64,000 bases of DNA from Lingula anatina (GCA_051362555.1 CM120640.1:23980225-24044224), one strand, 5' to 3'. Positions 27,301-40,404 are shown, counted from the stretch's first letter. Numbers and translations are program-made. The notes: generated by a model not told the origin, from the letters alone.

Positions 27301-30300
27301 CAATTGTGCGAAAGGCTGGCGGCCGACAGCGATTATCGCCCGAAAAATTTCAGTGACATTCTGTACAAAGCAGCACATAGGCTACCAGGTTTTCTGTAGC
27401 GAAAAAAGGGTCGACAAGGGCGTCGAGGTATTTGGTGGGCTGAAGGTCGGACAGGCCACCTGACAGTTTGGCCGTGTGAGTCGAAGTAGACAAAATGGCA
27501 TCGTCCGAAATTACCTTTAATAGATTTGGTAGTATTAAGCATATCTTTGCATCATTTTTTAAATATTTCTGTGAAGTGTTCAAAATGCATTAATATTCTG
27601 AGAATACAAATAAAGACACACTGTTGGTTTGATATTTGTTTTATTGATTGCTATACCAACAAAATGCATGAAATAATATCAATAGATTTTGCAACAAGAA
27701 GTATATCTATTCATGACTTTTTTTTTTTACATTTCTACGAAGTATTCACAATGCTTTAATATTTTGAGAGCATGGATAAAGACATATTGTTAGTTTGATA
27801 TGTGTTTCTGTGGTAAAATTTGTGTTTCCAGCTGTGCACTGACAGCATTCCTTTACTTAAGCAGTATTTTTTTTTTTTTTTTTGGACTGTTTTTTTTTTT
27901 TTTGCCCTCTCGCACCGATTTTGGGGTACCCAGAGGATGTCATCCATAAAAATAAAAAAATGTGGCCTAATGAACAAAATGGTTACTGCTGTACAAATAT
28001 CCTACGCTTATCTAGGATTTAGTCAAAAACTCACCCTCCAGACACAACTCTAGCCAAATCTTTCAAATTTGCCCTCACTCCTGGGGTAAGGATGTAGTTC
28101 TCAGGTGTGTGTGGCTCCTTTCCCCCTGTGGGGACCCAGAACCCTTCAAAGAGCAAGCTACCACCACCCTGGGGTTCAGGGAGTGGCTTCTTCAAAATGC
28201 TCTTCATGTTAGACTTCCCTAAGATATGCTGGCAGATGAGCTGTTCTACTACAGGGTGTGAGGATCTGTCAACTTGTGTCAGGAAACTCAAGCAAAATCC
28301 CTATAAAACAAATGCACAAGTTTTTTTTTTTTCATTTCTTTTTTTCAATTTTTACTTAACAACAGTGCTTAGTATTTAATACCACTTTTATGTTCTATAC
28401 TGATACTATGATGTCATATTACTGAAGTGATGTGTACTGATTTCCATATTCTTCATTTTAATTGTAAGTAACCAAATGACAAACATGGCATGAAAGATTG
28501 TTCTCAAAAGGTAACAGAGACATCCTTTTAAAAATCTATTCTACCAATTTTTTGTGTACCTCATACAAAGATCTGGGAACAGTTCCACACGGGTTTGATG
28601 CCGAGTGCTTCAATGCCCTACATAGTGTCCGCAGACTGTAGTGTGGACGATGTCCAGTACCATCTGTCAGTTTCTTGGCTGCCTCATTCCTAATGGTCAA
28701 ATAGAACTTCACTATACCCTCCACCTGGGCAGCAGTGAGGGATAATCCTTTCAGATACTCATTGACTAGGATTTTCAGGTCTGGGACACTTTCTAGCTCA
28801 TCCACAAATATCTCAGTCAATCTGGAACAAGACAAAGAAGAGTTACCCATAAGTTCAATGATAAGTAAAGCAAAAAAACTTCTTGGTATCTTATCAACAA
28901 AAACAGAAATATAGCTTAATTTAATACACTAAAAGTTTTCTTTAAGCAAAGTTTCTGGAAAGAAAGTGCTCACCTATTTCTAATTCCTAGGGGTAAATCT
29001 TTCTTGCCTACATCAGTTGCAGGATTCATGCAAGCAAACAGGCGGAACTCAGGGTGGCGTACTATTGGTTTCGTGTCCCTGGAAATAAGTATACAAATAC
29101 ATAAATCAGTTCTTTAACGCAAAACTGACAGGCAACACTGTATGAACATCAGCCTATCTGATAGAAAAATCTCCCCTTTCCTGAAATTCTTTTTTTTTTT
29201 TCTTTTGATAATATAATACAAGATCCAGCATCCTTCTTACCCACAAAAAAGTGCATATCAGTGAAAGGAAGAAAAAATACCATCCCTGACCTACCCTCTT
29301 TCCATAAGGACCACAGAGCCAGCAGTGCTCTCCAGTAACCCACTCAAACACTCCAGTGTCTCCGTGGTAGCCAGGTTTATCTCGTCCAGCAACACCCAGT
29401 CTCCTGCCTTCAATGCTTTCACTAGTGTTCCCTGAACAAAGCAAATATAAAAGCACCTACAAACAGTCCTTAAATATATTCCTTTCTAATAAATATTGTA
29501 CTGATTATAAGAGAATATTTAAAAGAGACAAAGTATCTTTACCTGCATATATATCAACCCCATTATTTAGCTCACAAATAAGTATTTAAATGACACCTGT
29601 TCTAACATGAAAGACTAGGGTTACCTCAAGAAATGTGAATGCTAGAGAATTTTCTGTCTGGCTAATTTGAATCTTCAGCTGCTGCAATCTTTTACCAATA
29701 TCCACCCATTTAGCATGCATCTCAGCACCTGCAAAAGACATTCACTTAATATAGCCATCACTCAGCTATAAAGAGAGAGATAGGTAAAGTTCAAATAAGG
29801 TGAAAATATTTTATTACTCAATGACTTGACAGATATAAATTGTAGTGATTAAAAAGCAAACAAAGTATTACATGTTTAACTGACCTTCTTCATATTTCTT
29901 AACTCCTTGTTGCTGAGTGTGACTGATCAATTTTAAAAGATCAGACCACCTCTTTTTTGCAAAACATTCCTGTAAAAAGAAAAAACAAAACCAATTACAC
30001 AGTTACCAATAAAAGTTATCATTTGAAAAGTTGGCTAAAACTTATACGTAATAATTATAAAAATAATATGCGCCCTCTAAATTATCAGAAAAATGTCTGA
30101 AAATATAACATTATTATTATATATACAATTTCATCACCTGTATGTGACCTAAAAACTTGATATTCTGTTTCCTTGAGAAACTTTGACAAAACACTGCTTC
30201 AAAATCTTCTCTGAATGGGGCAACCACAAGGCGTAAATCTACAGGCTTAAATCTGTAAGTAAATGTATAAACAATCTTTCTAGGGAAAGATAAATCACTA

Positions 30301-33300
30301 AAAAGTCCAAATTGAACTAAACCTTTTCCTTATCTCAGACAATCACCTTGGGCTTTAAATTCTGATATGTATAACATTATGTACTATAGTTACAACATGA
30401 GTCGCCTGCTGTATGTGACATACAAGAGGGTGATTATACTGAGGTGCAGCCAATATATAATTTGCTCTTGTATGTCCCATACAGTGGATGGGTATTTGTA
30501 ACTGACTTATCCTACAGCTGGCACTTCCATCAATAGGATGAACACAACATATTTCAGTTCAACTTACCCTCCCAGCAGATCAGCACTGTCACTTTGTTGA
30601 TTCATGTTGATCACATTTAAATGATGACCTGAAAAGGAAAGATTGGGTTGTCAGTAGTTGCCATCTATTGTAAAATGCAAAATTAAGTTTTTAAAAACTT
30701 TAATTTCTTGTTAAATGCACCTTGAAGTTACAACAGTTTTCACCTTTATTATTAACAATATCACAATTACATACCAGTGGCTCTACCTACCTGTTTGCTG
30801 GGCAAGATATTGCACAGCTGATGTCTTGCCAACTCCCGTTTCCCCTACCAGCAGTACAGGCTCCATGTTGGCCACACACACTGCTACCCTCTCCAACAGA
30901 ATAGCAGCATCTCTGGTGAATGCAAAATTCACAGCTGATGGCCTGTAAGTAAATAACCAAATCCCGTTAAAACCATTCTCTGTCATCTTCACAGTATATA
31001 TAAATGCTACGTGTTAGAATAATGGCTCAACGTACTAAAAGATCCCGTGCTTTAGATTAATAAGTGAAAAGACAAAGAGTAGATTACAGAAATCTGCAGA
31101 CTTTACATAATGTTCTGCAACTCGGAATGCTTTTACCTGTTCAGAGCCAAAGTTTCAGCCACCTTTATTGGTATGTTAGCCCTTCCAGACTTGAGGGAGC
31201 ACTGAGAGACCTCAACATCTGGTTTGTATTTGCAGCAGTAATATTCGGCCTGAAATACAAAATATAAAACTTCCAAATAAATTCCATGGTCAAACTTATC
31301 ATGCATATCACCTTAGATCAGTAAGTGTCAAGGTATATTATAGTTGTTCATCCCTTTTTGCCCCTTCTATTAAGATCCTAGTAAGCTTGTATAAGAATGT
31401 TGATGATACACATCAAACTATTTTGTTACCACTGAAAAAAATTAAACTATTGCAATCCACTGAAATTTCATTCTCGTATGGTTTCCGGAAAACAATAATC
31501 ATAGTTTTGACTCAATGGTTTTAGTGGCACTCATTACAGCATTTTAGAAAAAATCTCTTAGAAAATCATAATCTTTTGTCCATAAAAATTTTAGATACTG
31601 TATGCATATATTATCTTATTCAATGAAGAGCCAATAGCAACATCTACTTTGACACCAAATTTGTACCTAAAATTGTACCCTCCCTCACCTTAGCTTTGGT
31701 AACATTGAGTCTGGCACCTATGGCCTCTGCCAGCGGTAGTCTCTTGTCAGGTTTGGATAGGCAAGCACAGAAACAGTCCAATGCTTCCTGCAGGACCACA
31801 TTAGCTGTCACACTCTGAGTTACATCAAAGTCCTTTGAAATTCTATGGCACCACTTAATAAGATCTCTATAATTAAATGAAAAGGGAATTACAATAAACT
31901 ATATGTAATTTTCTTTAATTGCAACTCATTCACAAGTAGTGCAATAATGCCAACTACCACTTATATTAGGTTAAAATCTTTTTATGATACCAACCAAAAA
32001 CTTTCCTGCACTTATTTATGCAGTTTTCATGGAACAACAAATTTTCACCGCTTTCCTAATAGAAATGTTTCTTTTCAAATTCACATTCACCTTGTTGAAA
32101 TCAGCCTGCCATCATGTGACAGGAACTTTCCTATGGAGTCCAAACCATATTCTTCTGCAGTGGAATCAGACGATAGCTCATGCTTTCCAGCAGACAACAT
32201 GAAGTAGATGTCCAGCAGACGGTCCACTACAGTGGACAGCTGTGGGTGAGTGGTCATTATCACCTAAGACGATTCCAAAACAAGGCCTGAGCACAGGAAA
32301 CTCTATTTATTCATTTTCATCAGAGATGATCTTTATAACAATAATAATAGCATTCTTGCTCCTAAAAGCTGTGCAGATAAGAAATACTATTTCGGGGTTT
32401 TAATTACTTCTTTAGATTTCCATACACTGTTCATTTTAGACTTGTTTTCTGAAAAATATTGGATAACACACCTGCTGTAGTTCAGTTCTTGACAGGGGTT
32501 CTACATTTAGCTTTGCCCACATTCTCTCCAACATGGAAGAGTTTGAGCTTTGTTGTCTAAACAGTCCTGTAGCACTACTTAGTAGCCTGCAAAGTTGCAA
32601 TAAAAAGTGTCGTATCATTAAAAATGTCATAAGGGTTTTACCCTCATAAACATATATATATTAAATAAAATACAGACAAGTATTGGGCCAGAGAGCTTTA
32701 ATTTTACCAAGATATTTAAACATTTCTACAGTGATCAATTATCGAATTATGTCAAGAAATACACTACTCTCTATCGCTCCTCATGTATAAAGTACAGGAC
32801 AAATGGAAGTACACAAACCGTTGAGTTGCAAAAAGCTGAAACCCAGGAGCAGCCTTGAGGACTCCACCATGACTGGGCAGCGCCAGGTTACCCGACTCAA
32901 GGATAGGCACCAAAACTGAGACCACATCCATAGGAGCATAATCTGAAACACCACATCAAATTTACTTCAATTATACATGGACCTGATTAATCCTCCCCTC
33001 CCATACCACATTCTGGAATCCAAATGGAAAACATTGATGTTATAAATAAATGACTAGACAGACAAATAAAAATGAACGTCATGCTGATTACAATATTTCA
33101 ACCCTTTTTAAGTTATCCATCTCGTAAGTCTTTTTTATTTATTTTTTAATAGTCATCACTGATCTCTAAAAGTGGATTCAACATATCATAATCAAACCCC
33201 AAGAGAGACTTCCTTTCCAAATAAGATGGTCACTCTTGAGGACAACAGTACTAACAATTGCCCATTTTGACATGTCGGCTTCATTTACTGAAGGGCAGTA

Positions 33301-36300
33301 GTTGACTATCTTAGTGTAGCCTCAGATAAACCCAAAACCTTGACTTTTTGAAACAAGCCCGGGGGCTGTTACCTATGTCCTCTAGTAAAATCCAGTTTCC
33401 TTGTGTCATGGCTTGAGTGAGGGGACCTGGCTGCCACACAAACTCTCCAGGAATGTCTGTGCAACAATATGTTCCAAGCAAAGCCTGGAAACATTACACA
33501 TAAATATTATATTAACAATTCACATCAGTATTGTACACATAGCATATATGACAATGGCAAGGTAAATAGTTGTAAATCATCATCACAGCATTAAAAAGTC
33601 ATTTTTACAAAAATTTAACTTTTTGCTAGTAAGATGTATGATAATCTCAAACCTGTCATGCAAGAAATTAAAAAAATTCCCAAAAAACAATTAAGTTGCA
33701 AGTGCTGAGGCAACAGATTTTATAAAGTTTTCGGTTTCAATGCAAGTATGTCATAAATAAGAACACATTTTAACAAAATTTCCTGAAATTTTTACCTTAC
33801 TGTCAGTCTGATCTCCCAACTGAATTTTGATGAGGTCTGGCGTTCCATTCCGCCCTGTCAGTCTAGCTAGGTGTTCAACCAATGCAGTTTTCCCACACCC
33901 TACAGGTCCTTGCAACAAAACAGGCTGGCCAGAGGCCACAGCAAGAGAGAGGCTACGGAGGTTTCTGCGAGTGGATGATACTGGCACCAGAGATTCTTCC
34001 ACAGGCTGAATATCCCAATTGTAACATTTTCATTCTTCAGGAGTATCAATATATTTTGCATTTATGAATTTGAACAGTGCAAAAAGTTGTTAAATGGTTC
34101 CTGATCATTTTCAAAGTTAATAAATTTTTTTAAATTTTTAATTTTAACAGGTTTAACAAGAATTCATAAAAAGTGCTGAGTTATATTTCTATTTAAATGA
34201 AAAATCAGAGAAAGAAATCTTTAGGAGGGTTATTACTTTGGTAATGCCATCAAGTAACTTTGGCAAAAGTACTCCACACACTGATACCACAGCTGGACTA
34301 AGATCAGAATCCACCAAACTTCTCTTGGTATAGCTCAGCTTCTCTATTTCTTCTGATCTGGGCTGCTTTGGATTGACAAGCAATAATGCTCTCTCTTGCT
34401 GCAAAGATTCTACTTCCATTCCGTGTCTAAAAAAGGTGATAAATTTGAAATTTTCAATAGGCAAAAACTATGAAACTTCCAAATACATAATTATATAATC
34501 ACATAATCATATTTCTATAAAGTAATTGTGGTGCTTTTCAATTTTATTGCTACCACTCAATAGGAATGTTCAAAATTTAAGATATTATTACCTTAAAAAT
34601 AAAGTATCTGTAAAATTCACAATTTCCAAATATTAAAAAGATGAAGTTCTTTCTGTATATCAATTGAATTTAAAACACAAACATGGATGAAATCCACATT
34701 TATGTCAAAATTGTAAATTTAACTATCATAAATTAAATTCTGAAAACTTACTTGATAACTAGTTTTCTTTCAGTTTCTTCATCTATATATTTTCTCATGA
34801 AGATTTTTTTCTGTACATCTGACATTCCAGTTAATAAGGCAATGGCTTTGACAGCAAACCTGAAAATAGTGCACAATGACATGATATTCATATATATGAA
34901 ACTCAAAACAGACACGAACTGGTTTTAAAAAATGTGTTTAGTATAATGATATGAAAACGAAAACTGGAATGGACTGATGTGCAGAATGAGCATGAATGGG
35001 ATCAAATACAGAGCAGTACACAGATAATCACATGCAATAAAAAATTATTTTAAACAGTATCTCTCATACACAGTTAAACAATAGCAAATGACCCAGATAA
35101 TTATACCCATTTGTTTTTATACACAATACACCAGCATGGTGACCTTACCATCTAGTTTCCAAATCTTCAGTTTTCAGAAACCTCAAGAATGGGCTCCAGT
35201 CATACACTTGTCTGAACTCTCTGCATGCACTCTTCAACAAACAGTAGACAGCTTGGCATACAGCCAACAAAGAAGCAGGCTTTTGTTTCTGTGGAATTTG
35301 AAAAAATATTAGTTAAATTCACTATTACAATTAACAATATCAACGTCATCTCTCAATTATATTTCATTTATTTCCAACCACAGATTCTGTTTGTGATTAT
35401 CTAGACTGTGGATGGCTAAACAATCTAAAAAACAATATTAGCAAACATTTTATCATACTCTGAATACCTTCCTGGGTTTCTTCTTGACTGGTTGTTCCTC
35501 TTCAGGCACAATGAAAAATGTCGGCCTGGAACTCATATACTCCACAGAAAACCTGTACAAGATGACAAGAAAAATTCAAATGGAAAGCACAAATACTACT
35601 TGTTTTGAATTTCAATTTCATGTCAATTTTTGAAAATCTGACATAACTTCATACTAAGGGGAAATAAATGTATTTAGCTCTCTTTGGGAAAACTCATATT
35701 TGACTTTTTTTTGTTTTTTCTTTTTTTCAAAGAAGCATACAAGAAAATTTTCAAAGTGTTTAAAAATCAAATATTAAGTTTAATAGAATAACTTAAAAAA
35801 TATAAATATTAAAAATACCTTAAAGCATCTGGGCAGATGTTTATTACTTTACTCAATGCTATGCACAGCTTTTGGTGCTTGACAAATGATAGATGTCCAC
35901 CTTGTGTAACATCAGTTTTAGCTCTCTCAAGGACTTCTAACATCAGTCCTCTGAAGGCACGTGCAATGTCAGCTGTACAGTCAGGTAGAACAAATAGTTT
36001 GCTGATACATGTTAAAAAATTCTGCCTGTCAGCTGGAGTCCACATCTGCATTTAAAAATCAAATGAGTGTGTGAGTGCTAGTCGTGGGAATGGAAGTCCG
36101 GAGTTCCATATGATAAGTACGGGTTAGGGTTAGTTGGAGAATCGGGGTTAGTATATGGGATAAATATATATTTATCTGTACAAAGTAATGGGAAAGAGAC
36201 AATGGTTCCTAGGGAACTAATATTTCTGTCGCAAAGGGTATATGTGGATTTAATCTGAGCAGAACAAAACTGACAGCTTAAACCAACAATTTTTTTTAAG

Positions 36301-36478
36301 CGTGACTGGCTGTAACCTCAACAGAACACACACACGGTACCCCCCCCCCCCCTCCCCCATCATCTCAATGTACCTGTTTTGGAAGAAAGCCTTGAAGTTC
36401 TGCTCCACACTTTCCATTCTCTTTACAAAGTGTCTCTAAAGATTCAGACACATTAGCACCAAGGTCTTCGACATCCAT
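118..36478 (-). CDS. MDN1: Midasin (Rea1) AAA+ ATPase, 60S ribosome maturation; 5' part, ~55 exons, 3' end (MIDAS domain) beyond left edge
   Basis: ATG at 36478; exon 1 (36374-36478) MDVEDLGANV...GFLPKQ joins exon 2 MWTPADRQ. Six AAA modules with Walker A motifs: GPVGCGKT (~33900), GETGVGKT (~30830), GETSVGKT (~26835), GETG|CGKT (25015/24798), GSPGVGKT (~22430), GPASSGKT (~18030). Matching Walker B (WILLEDI, WVLLDEIN, WIILDELN, FLADEIS, WVVLDE, WLLIDNVN) and R-finger motifs (LSRAFRNRF, LSPALRNRF, LPKSFLNRF, ISRAMRNRG). The frame was traced through GT-AG junctions down to exon 118-437. Confidence 0.97.
6459..6582. mobile_element. Small degenerate CAGG-terminated MITE with 5-bp TSD (hAT5-like)
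   Basis: Left end CAGGCCTGTAGCC, right end GGGTACGGGTCTG (imperfect inverted repeat); CAAAT directly repeated at 6454-6458 and 6583-6587. Confidence 0.6.
7700..7726. repeat. (CA)n microsatellite
   Basis: Run of CA dinucleotides in an MDN1 intron. Confidence 0.95.
11118..11453. mobile_element. Non-autonomous TTAA-target DNA transposon (Kolobok-like MITE)
   Basis: Perfect 19-bp TIR AGGGATAATAACTCTTCGT (11118-11136) / ACGAAGAGTTATTATCCCT (11435-11453), with TTAA on both sides. RR...YY termini fit Kolobok better than piggyBac (CC...GG). Confidence 0.8.
14793..16169 (+). CDS. Rhodopsin-class 7TM orphan GPCR, SREB (GPR27/GPR85/GPR173)-like, 458 aa, nested antisense in an MDN1 intron
   Basis: Single-exon ORF; first ATG at 14793 (the ORF track starts at an upstream TTG). 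N-glycosylation site NGT, seven hydrophobic segments, TM1 GN (VGVVGN), TM2 LDLVKSAYCIPF, TM3 Cys, TM4 Trp, ECL2 Cys, TM6 YWYP, TM7 WSNSTVTPFMY, C-tail CCC. AATAAA at ~16292 and ~16519. Lies within MDN1 intron ~12531-17914. Confidence 0.93.
   Translation: MSSVHYNGTGIRHKETIEPGRLTEAVVLIIIASVGVVGNISSFVSMIVVKRLRKSSNAFMAHHCILDLVKSAYCIPFAQSVLTSLRPRLCNIMGSSYIIFITTSAFNLLAMVVNEAYQSSDKSLGVHLKHEGNRYCVVFGICIIWLASIILNLGVAILPGNPDFDEHVGICIFVYGLTKNYILHVLWIALVSLAIILTVMHLRRLHQDIKKRSYYRTASLVRATLMIDPMVDDTPDLQAEKQKEQVKLLEKYSLKRLYILMAMTMLFVMYWYPLFMLTVLDRDFLAPDMAYKVLTLFAWSNSTVTPFMYWFYNKENCCCRRDSEQSILFRNMKYLCNYFDLDASMVEMNPAHANTENLEQQETTFIELGNPHSGILNHYFATADRKQPRRTVSFERPSSPTKKMVIVNANRRHTIASPKMPHKELTNQNQDMHARRSQLHLDLKTDHCSNQTGNATGV
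18303..18342. repeat. poly-T followed by poly-G homopolymer tract
   Basis: Seen directly. A poly-C/(CA)n tract also occurs at ~17720-17761. Confidence 0.9.
26982..27967. mobile_element. PIF/Harbinger (Tourist-like) non-autonomous element, 986 bp, in an MDN1 intron
   Basis: Perfect 34-bp TIR GGCCACATTTTTTTATTTTTATGGATGACATCCT (26982-27015 / 27934-27967); TAA TSD at 26979-26981 and 27968-27970; subterminal direct repeat CGCACCGATTTT at 27021 and 27911; CpG-rich interior; no transposase ORF. Confidence 0.9.
30388..30503. mobile_element. Short imperfect palindromic (hairpin) element
   Basis: AGTTACAA...CTGTATGTGACATACAAGAG on the left mirrors CTCTTGTATGTCCCATACAG...TTGTAACT on the right, around a central CTGAGGTGCAGCCAA spacer. 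Confidence 0.65.
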
Positions 36479-37118
36479 TTTAGCTCTATATGTTTACATT
36501 AATCATCTGTCCGTATTTCTTTACTTCCACTGCCTTGCTCCAGCATGTTGATTTCTTTCACGTGTAGTAAAGCATGTAGAAAACATGGAATGAAATGTTG
36601 TATATAGTGACAGGCTGGGCCTGTTTAAAAATTCCATTTGATTCATAAAGTATGTATCAACCTCAAATCCGCTACTTCAAAAATTATTGAAATTCAATTT
36701 TTTTGCTATTTTCTTGGTATCTTTATTTGATATCATAAAATAAGTTAATGCTATTTCCAGCAGAAGTGCACACTGTTCGTTAATTTTTCTACTTACAGTG
36801 CAGGGTTTACTTTTAGAATAAATGTTCAAAATCGGGATAAACCCATTGCCCCTTCATCAAAAATAGAAAAACAAATAAATCGGTGTAATCTTTATTTTCA
36901 AATACACCACAATATTCTTAATAAATTATGAAATTTATGACATATAATTTAACTGCAGATCTATAATAATGTGCGCAAAAGCTTACTGCGCGGCTTGACG
37001 TCACCAGGAAAACAAGGAAGAGTCATCTTCTTGTGATTATTGAGACGATTTCAAAATAGAATATCCAGCGCATATAGAAACTGTCATCAAATTCGGTTAG
37101 TAACATTTAGTCTCCAAG
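36479..37118. promoter_or_regulatory. Bidirectional promoter region MDN1/IST1
   Basis: Divergent ATGs 640 bp apart; E-box CACGTG at 36559-36564; CRE TGACGTCA at 36996-37003; local CpG retention near the IST1 start. Confidence 0.7.
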
Positions 37119-38910
37119 ATGTTTAAAAGCGGGCCGAATTACAATAAGCTCAAGACGAATCTTCGTCTATGCATAAATCGTCTGAAATTGTTAGAAAAGA
37201 AGAAGGCCGAGTTAGCGATGAAGGCCAGAAAGGAAATTGCCGATTATATTAGTGCTGCGAAAGAAGATCGTGCTAGAATCAGAGTTGAGTGTATAGTTCG
37301 AGAAGATTATCTGGTGGAAGCTATGGAAATCCTAGAGATGTACTGTGATTTACTTTTGGCGAGATTTGGTTTGGTGCAAACATTAAAGTAAGTGCATGGT
37401 ATAACTAGATCCATCAATATACTATTCACCACTTCTAATGATTAGGTCATATTTAGCCTCTAATACGTCTACTTACCTAGTTCTTCTAAAGTAAACTAGA
37501 TAGCATCACTGACAGAACTTCTTTTTAATTTTTGCCTTCACTGATTAACAGCTCTGTGATCATTTGGGGTCTTTTGCAGTCTCCCAGGTCTTTTCATAGT
37601 TTTCTTAATTAAGTAATGTTTCTTATATCCAAATAACTTGCTTTGGCCATTCACTTACAAATTTAAATGTTTTTATAAAAAAAACTTCGAGCCCATTCAA
37701 ATATTATGGATCTTAGCAGGGGTGAAATTTGTTGTAATCCCATCAGTTTACAATTGCCCTGAAATATATTGTTACACCATTATGTTTTATGTTGTCTTTT
37801 TAGGGAACTAGACCCAGGTTTAGAAGAGCCTATTGCCAGCATTATATGGGCCACCCCAAGACTCCAGGCAGACTGTGCTGAACTCAAAGCAGTCTCAGAA
37901 CAGCTCACACACAAGTATGGCAAAGAATTTGCTGAGGCTTCGCGCACCAATTCCCTTAACCTTGTCAATGATAAACTCATTCACAAACTGAGTGTACATG
38001 CACCACCAAAGCTTCTCATTGAGAAGTACATGATTGAAATTGCTAGAACATATAATGTGCCGTTTGAACCTGATCCCACTGTGATGAGAGATGATGAAAT
38101 TTATGCTGCAGAAAGTACACTGATCAATTTTGACAATAACAAGCCTGGTGGTGGGCCATCAGATGGAGGTTTCTCAGGGCCATCCTCTGGAGGAGGAAGT
38201 GGTGGTGGAGGGGGTGGGTTCCCAGTTATGCCTGAAGTCAAGTCAATGGATGCTGCTTATCCACCGGGGGTATGATATAAACATTGATTATCTTTAATCC
38301 ATTTATTTTACAGCTTACAGTTACAGTTGTTTAATGTTATTTGATGATATTCTTTATTGAGTGGACTTCTTAAGCAAGTTTAAAGATAAAGATAATTTTG
38401 GCAGATGTTAATTTTCACTTCTTTGTCACTTGGCAAAAATTCCTGTTATTTACAAATACTGCATATTGATATTTTTTTTCACACATGACTAATAGAAATG
38501 GTTCTTATTAAATAAAAGGTGTGAAAGAATTCATCTGGACATTTAAATTTATTTATAATTCCTAGGGTCCAGTAGCTGGTGCCTATCCACCACCTTTGCC
38601 TGGAGTGCCAGCAGCCGGGAATCTTTATCCACCACAACAAGGAGGGCATGCACCACCTTTCACTTACCCAGACCCACACGAGGTCAAGCCACCGCTACCT
38701 TCATATAATTCTCTTTATGATGGTCAAAAGCCTGCTTCAGCTCCTCCTGGCAACCAGCCTGGTGGGCCCCCTATAGGAGGCATGCCTGACCTCCCAGACC
38801 TGCCTGCAGTCCCAGACAGCTTACCACCTGCAGGGGGAGCCTCTGTCAATGAAGATGTAGACTTTGATGATTTGACAAAAAGATTTGAAGAGTTGAAGAA
38901 AAGAAAGTGA
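37119..38910 (+). CDS. IST1: IST1 (ESCRT-III-associated factor), 3 coding exons, ~359 aa
   Basis: Exons 37119-37387, 37804-38269, 38566-38910. N-terminus MFKSGPNYNKLKTNLRLCINRLKLLEKKK...EMYCDLLLARFG; Pro/Gly-rich linker; MIM2 LPDLPAVP and C-terminal MIM1 DFDDLTKRFEELKKRK. Confidence 0.97.
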
Positions 38911-40254
38911 ATGTTGTAGGTGTTGTGATGTAAATATCAGCAAAGGTCATATTAAGAGTGTTTATTTAAAGTACCATAATAGCATCTATGTAAAATGTTG
39001 TTTACTGACATGTTACCAAGGAGAATTTAAACTGTAGTTAGTGAAAAAATATCTGTAAATTATTGACTAGCTTAGACAAATGGCAATTCTGAAGCATTGA
39101 ACAGGGAGTTTATTGGAAAATTTTAAGGAGCTCCCACAGCCTTTTGTCTTAAAAGCTCTACTTTTCTGCCCTTTGTTGAAGAATTGCTATTAATTTTTGG
39201 ACTGATATTATGTAAATATACTGTTGAAAATTATTCAGCTTTTGCTCTCTAGCACTGCTAACACATGTAACGACCATGTGTGCAAGCATCTGACATGCAG
39301 ATAGCTTTACAGTGTAGAATTTTGATAGCAAAATAAAACTGGATTTGGAGCTAACATTGTAGATTTACAGCAAAACTTAATGTTTCATTGAAAGTGTGAC
39401 AATTAGACCAATCTGGCAGTCTATACCTGTGCTGTAAAAGTGAAAGTGTTATTAATATATCGTAATTTGGTATGTCTTTGCTTAAGGAATATAATATTAC
39501 TTATAACTGTAGTTGACATTGTGCACTAAAAACACACCTGCAATTAACCCTATTATGTTTTCTGTTGTGCAGTCAAGGCCTAATATTGCCAAGCAGATTT
39601 TGAGTTTGAACTTAGGTCTTCAAGAGGAAAGCATTCACAAAAGACTACATGTGAATATGCAAAAGTGCCATTGGCTTTATCAAAACAGCGTTTGTCTTGT
39701 GTTAAGTTACTTTAACTACATTCTTTTAATATTAGGCAAGATTTTTTAAAATAAGAAATCACTCTCTGTAAAAAAAGTGTCATAAATGACAATTGCAATA
39801 AATGAAAGACAAGGTTTTTTGTTTATATTCTTTACTTTCTATCAAAAATGTCTTATAGGAGTTAAATGCCATGAAAAATAAAATGGGAAAAATGTAAAAG
39901 ATAAATAATCAGAGTAATAGTGTCTGTCCTTAAAAAAGGCAAATCTACCACTTCTAAAATATCTCAAGTATCTCCAGCCAAATGCCATTAACCATACATG
40001 CCCAATGAAGAATGTAAACATATTTACTACCTGAGTGCATTTTATAATTGGAGACATCACATTTTAGATCTAGACCGATTTAACTATCAAACTAGGCCAT
40101 TCAAAATGTAATGACAGATTGAACTTGCAGGATTTTCTACTACTTGTTCACTAAAGACAAACAACATCAAGTGGCCCTGACCAACTGCTATCCTTGGCAA
40201 ATATAAGATCTTGAATACCAAAATTTATGACATGACACATCTTTTTCCCTTTTC

Positions 40255-40322
40255 ATGTGCAGACAGATGTGTCTGTACATATAGCTGTTGCCTGTGTCTG
40301 TCGTCGTTATCATGCACTTTCA
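40255..40322 (+). mobile_element. 5' fragment of the local HINE/Helentron-like family, in the 3' UTR region of the uncharacterised gene
   Basis: ATGTGCAGACAGATGTGTCTGTACATATAGCTGTTGCCTGTGTCTGTCGTCGTT matches the element head at 53123. Confidence 0.7.
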
Positions 40323-40404
40323 GTGTTATTACTATATTAAAATCTGTTTTGTGCTTTTTTATTCATTTATGCAATTTCTTTCACAAATTTTGTAGCACCT
40401 TAAT

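Noticed and set aside
27002-28053. Cluster of overlapping short ORFs as a possible transposase or gene
   Set aside because: All lie in or across the Harbinger MITE and show no transposase or Myb-like motifs.
86-34067. Many + strand ORFs of 60-125 aa opposite MDN1 exons
   Set aside because: Antisense shadows of coding exons with no recognisable domains.
36120-36152. Telomere-like GGGTTAGGGTTAG
   Set aside because: Only about two units; more likely a repeat fragment than an interstitial telomere.
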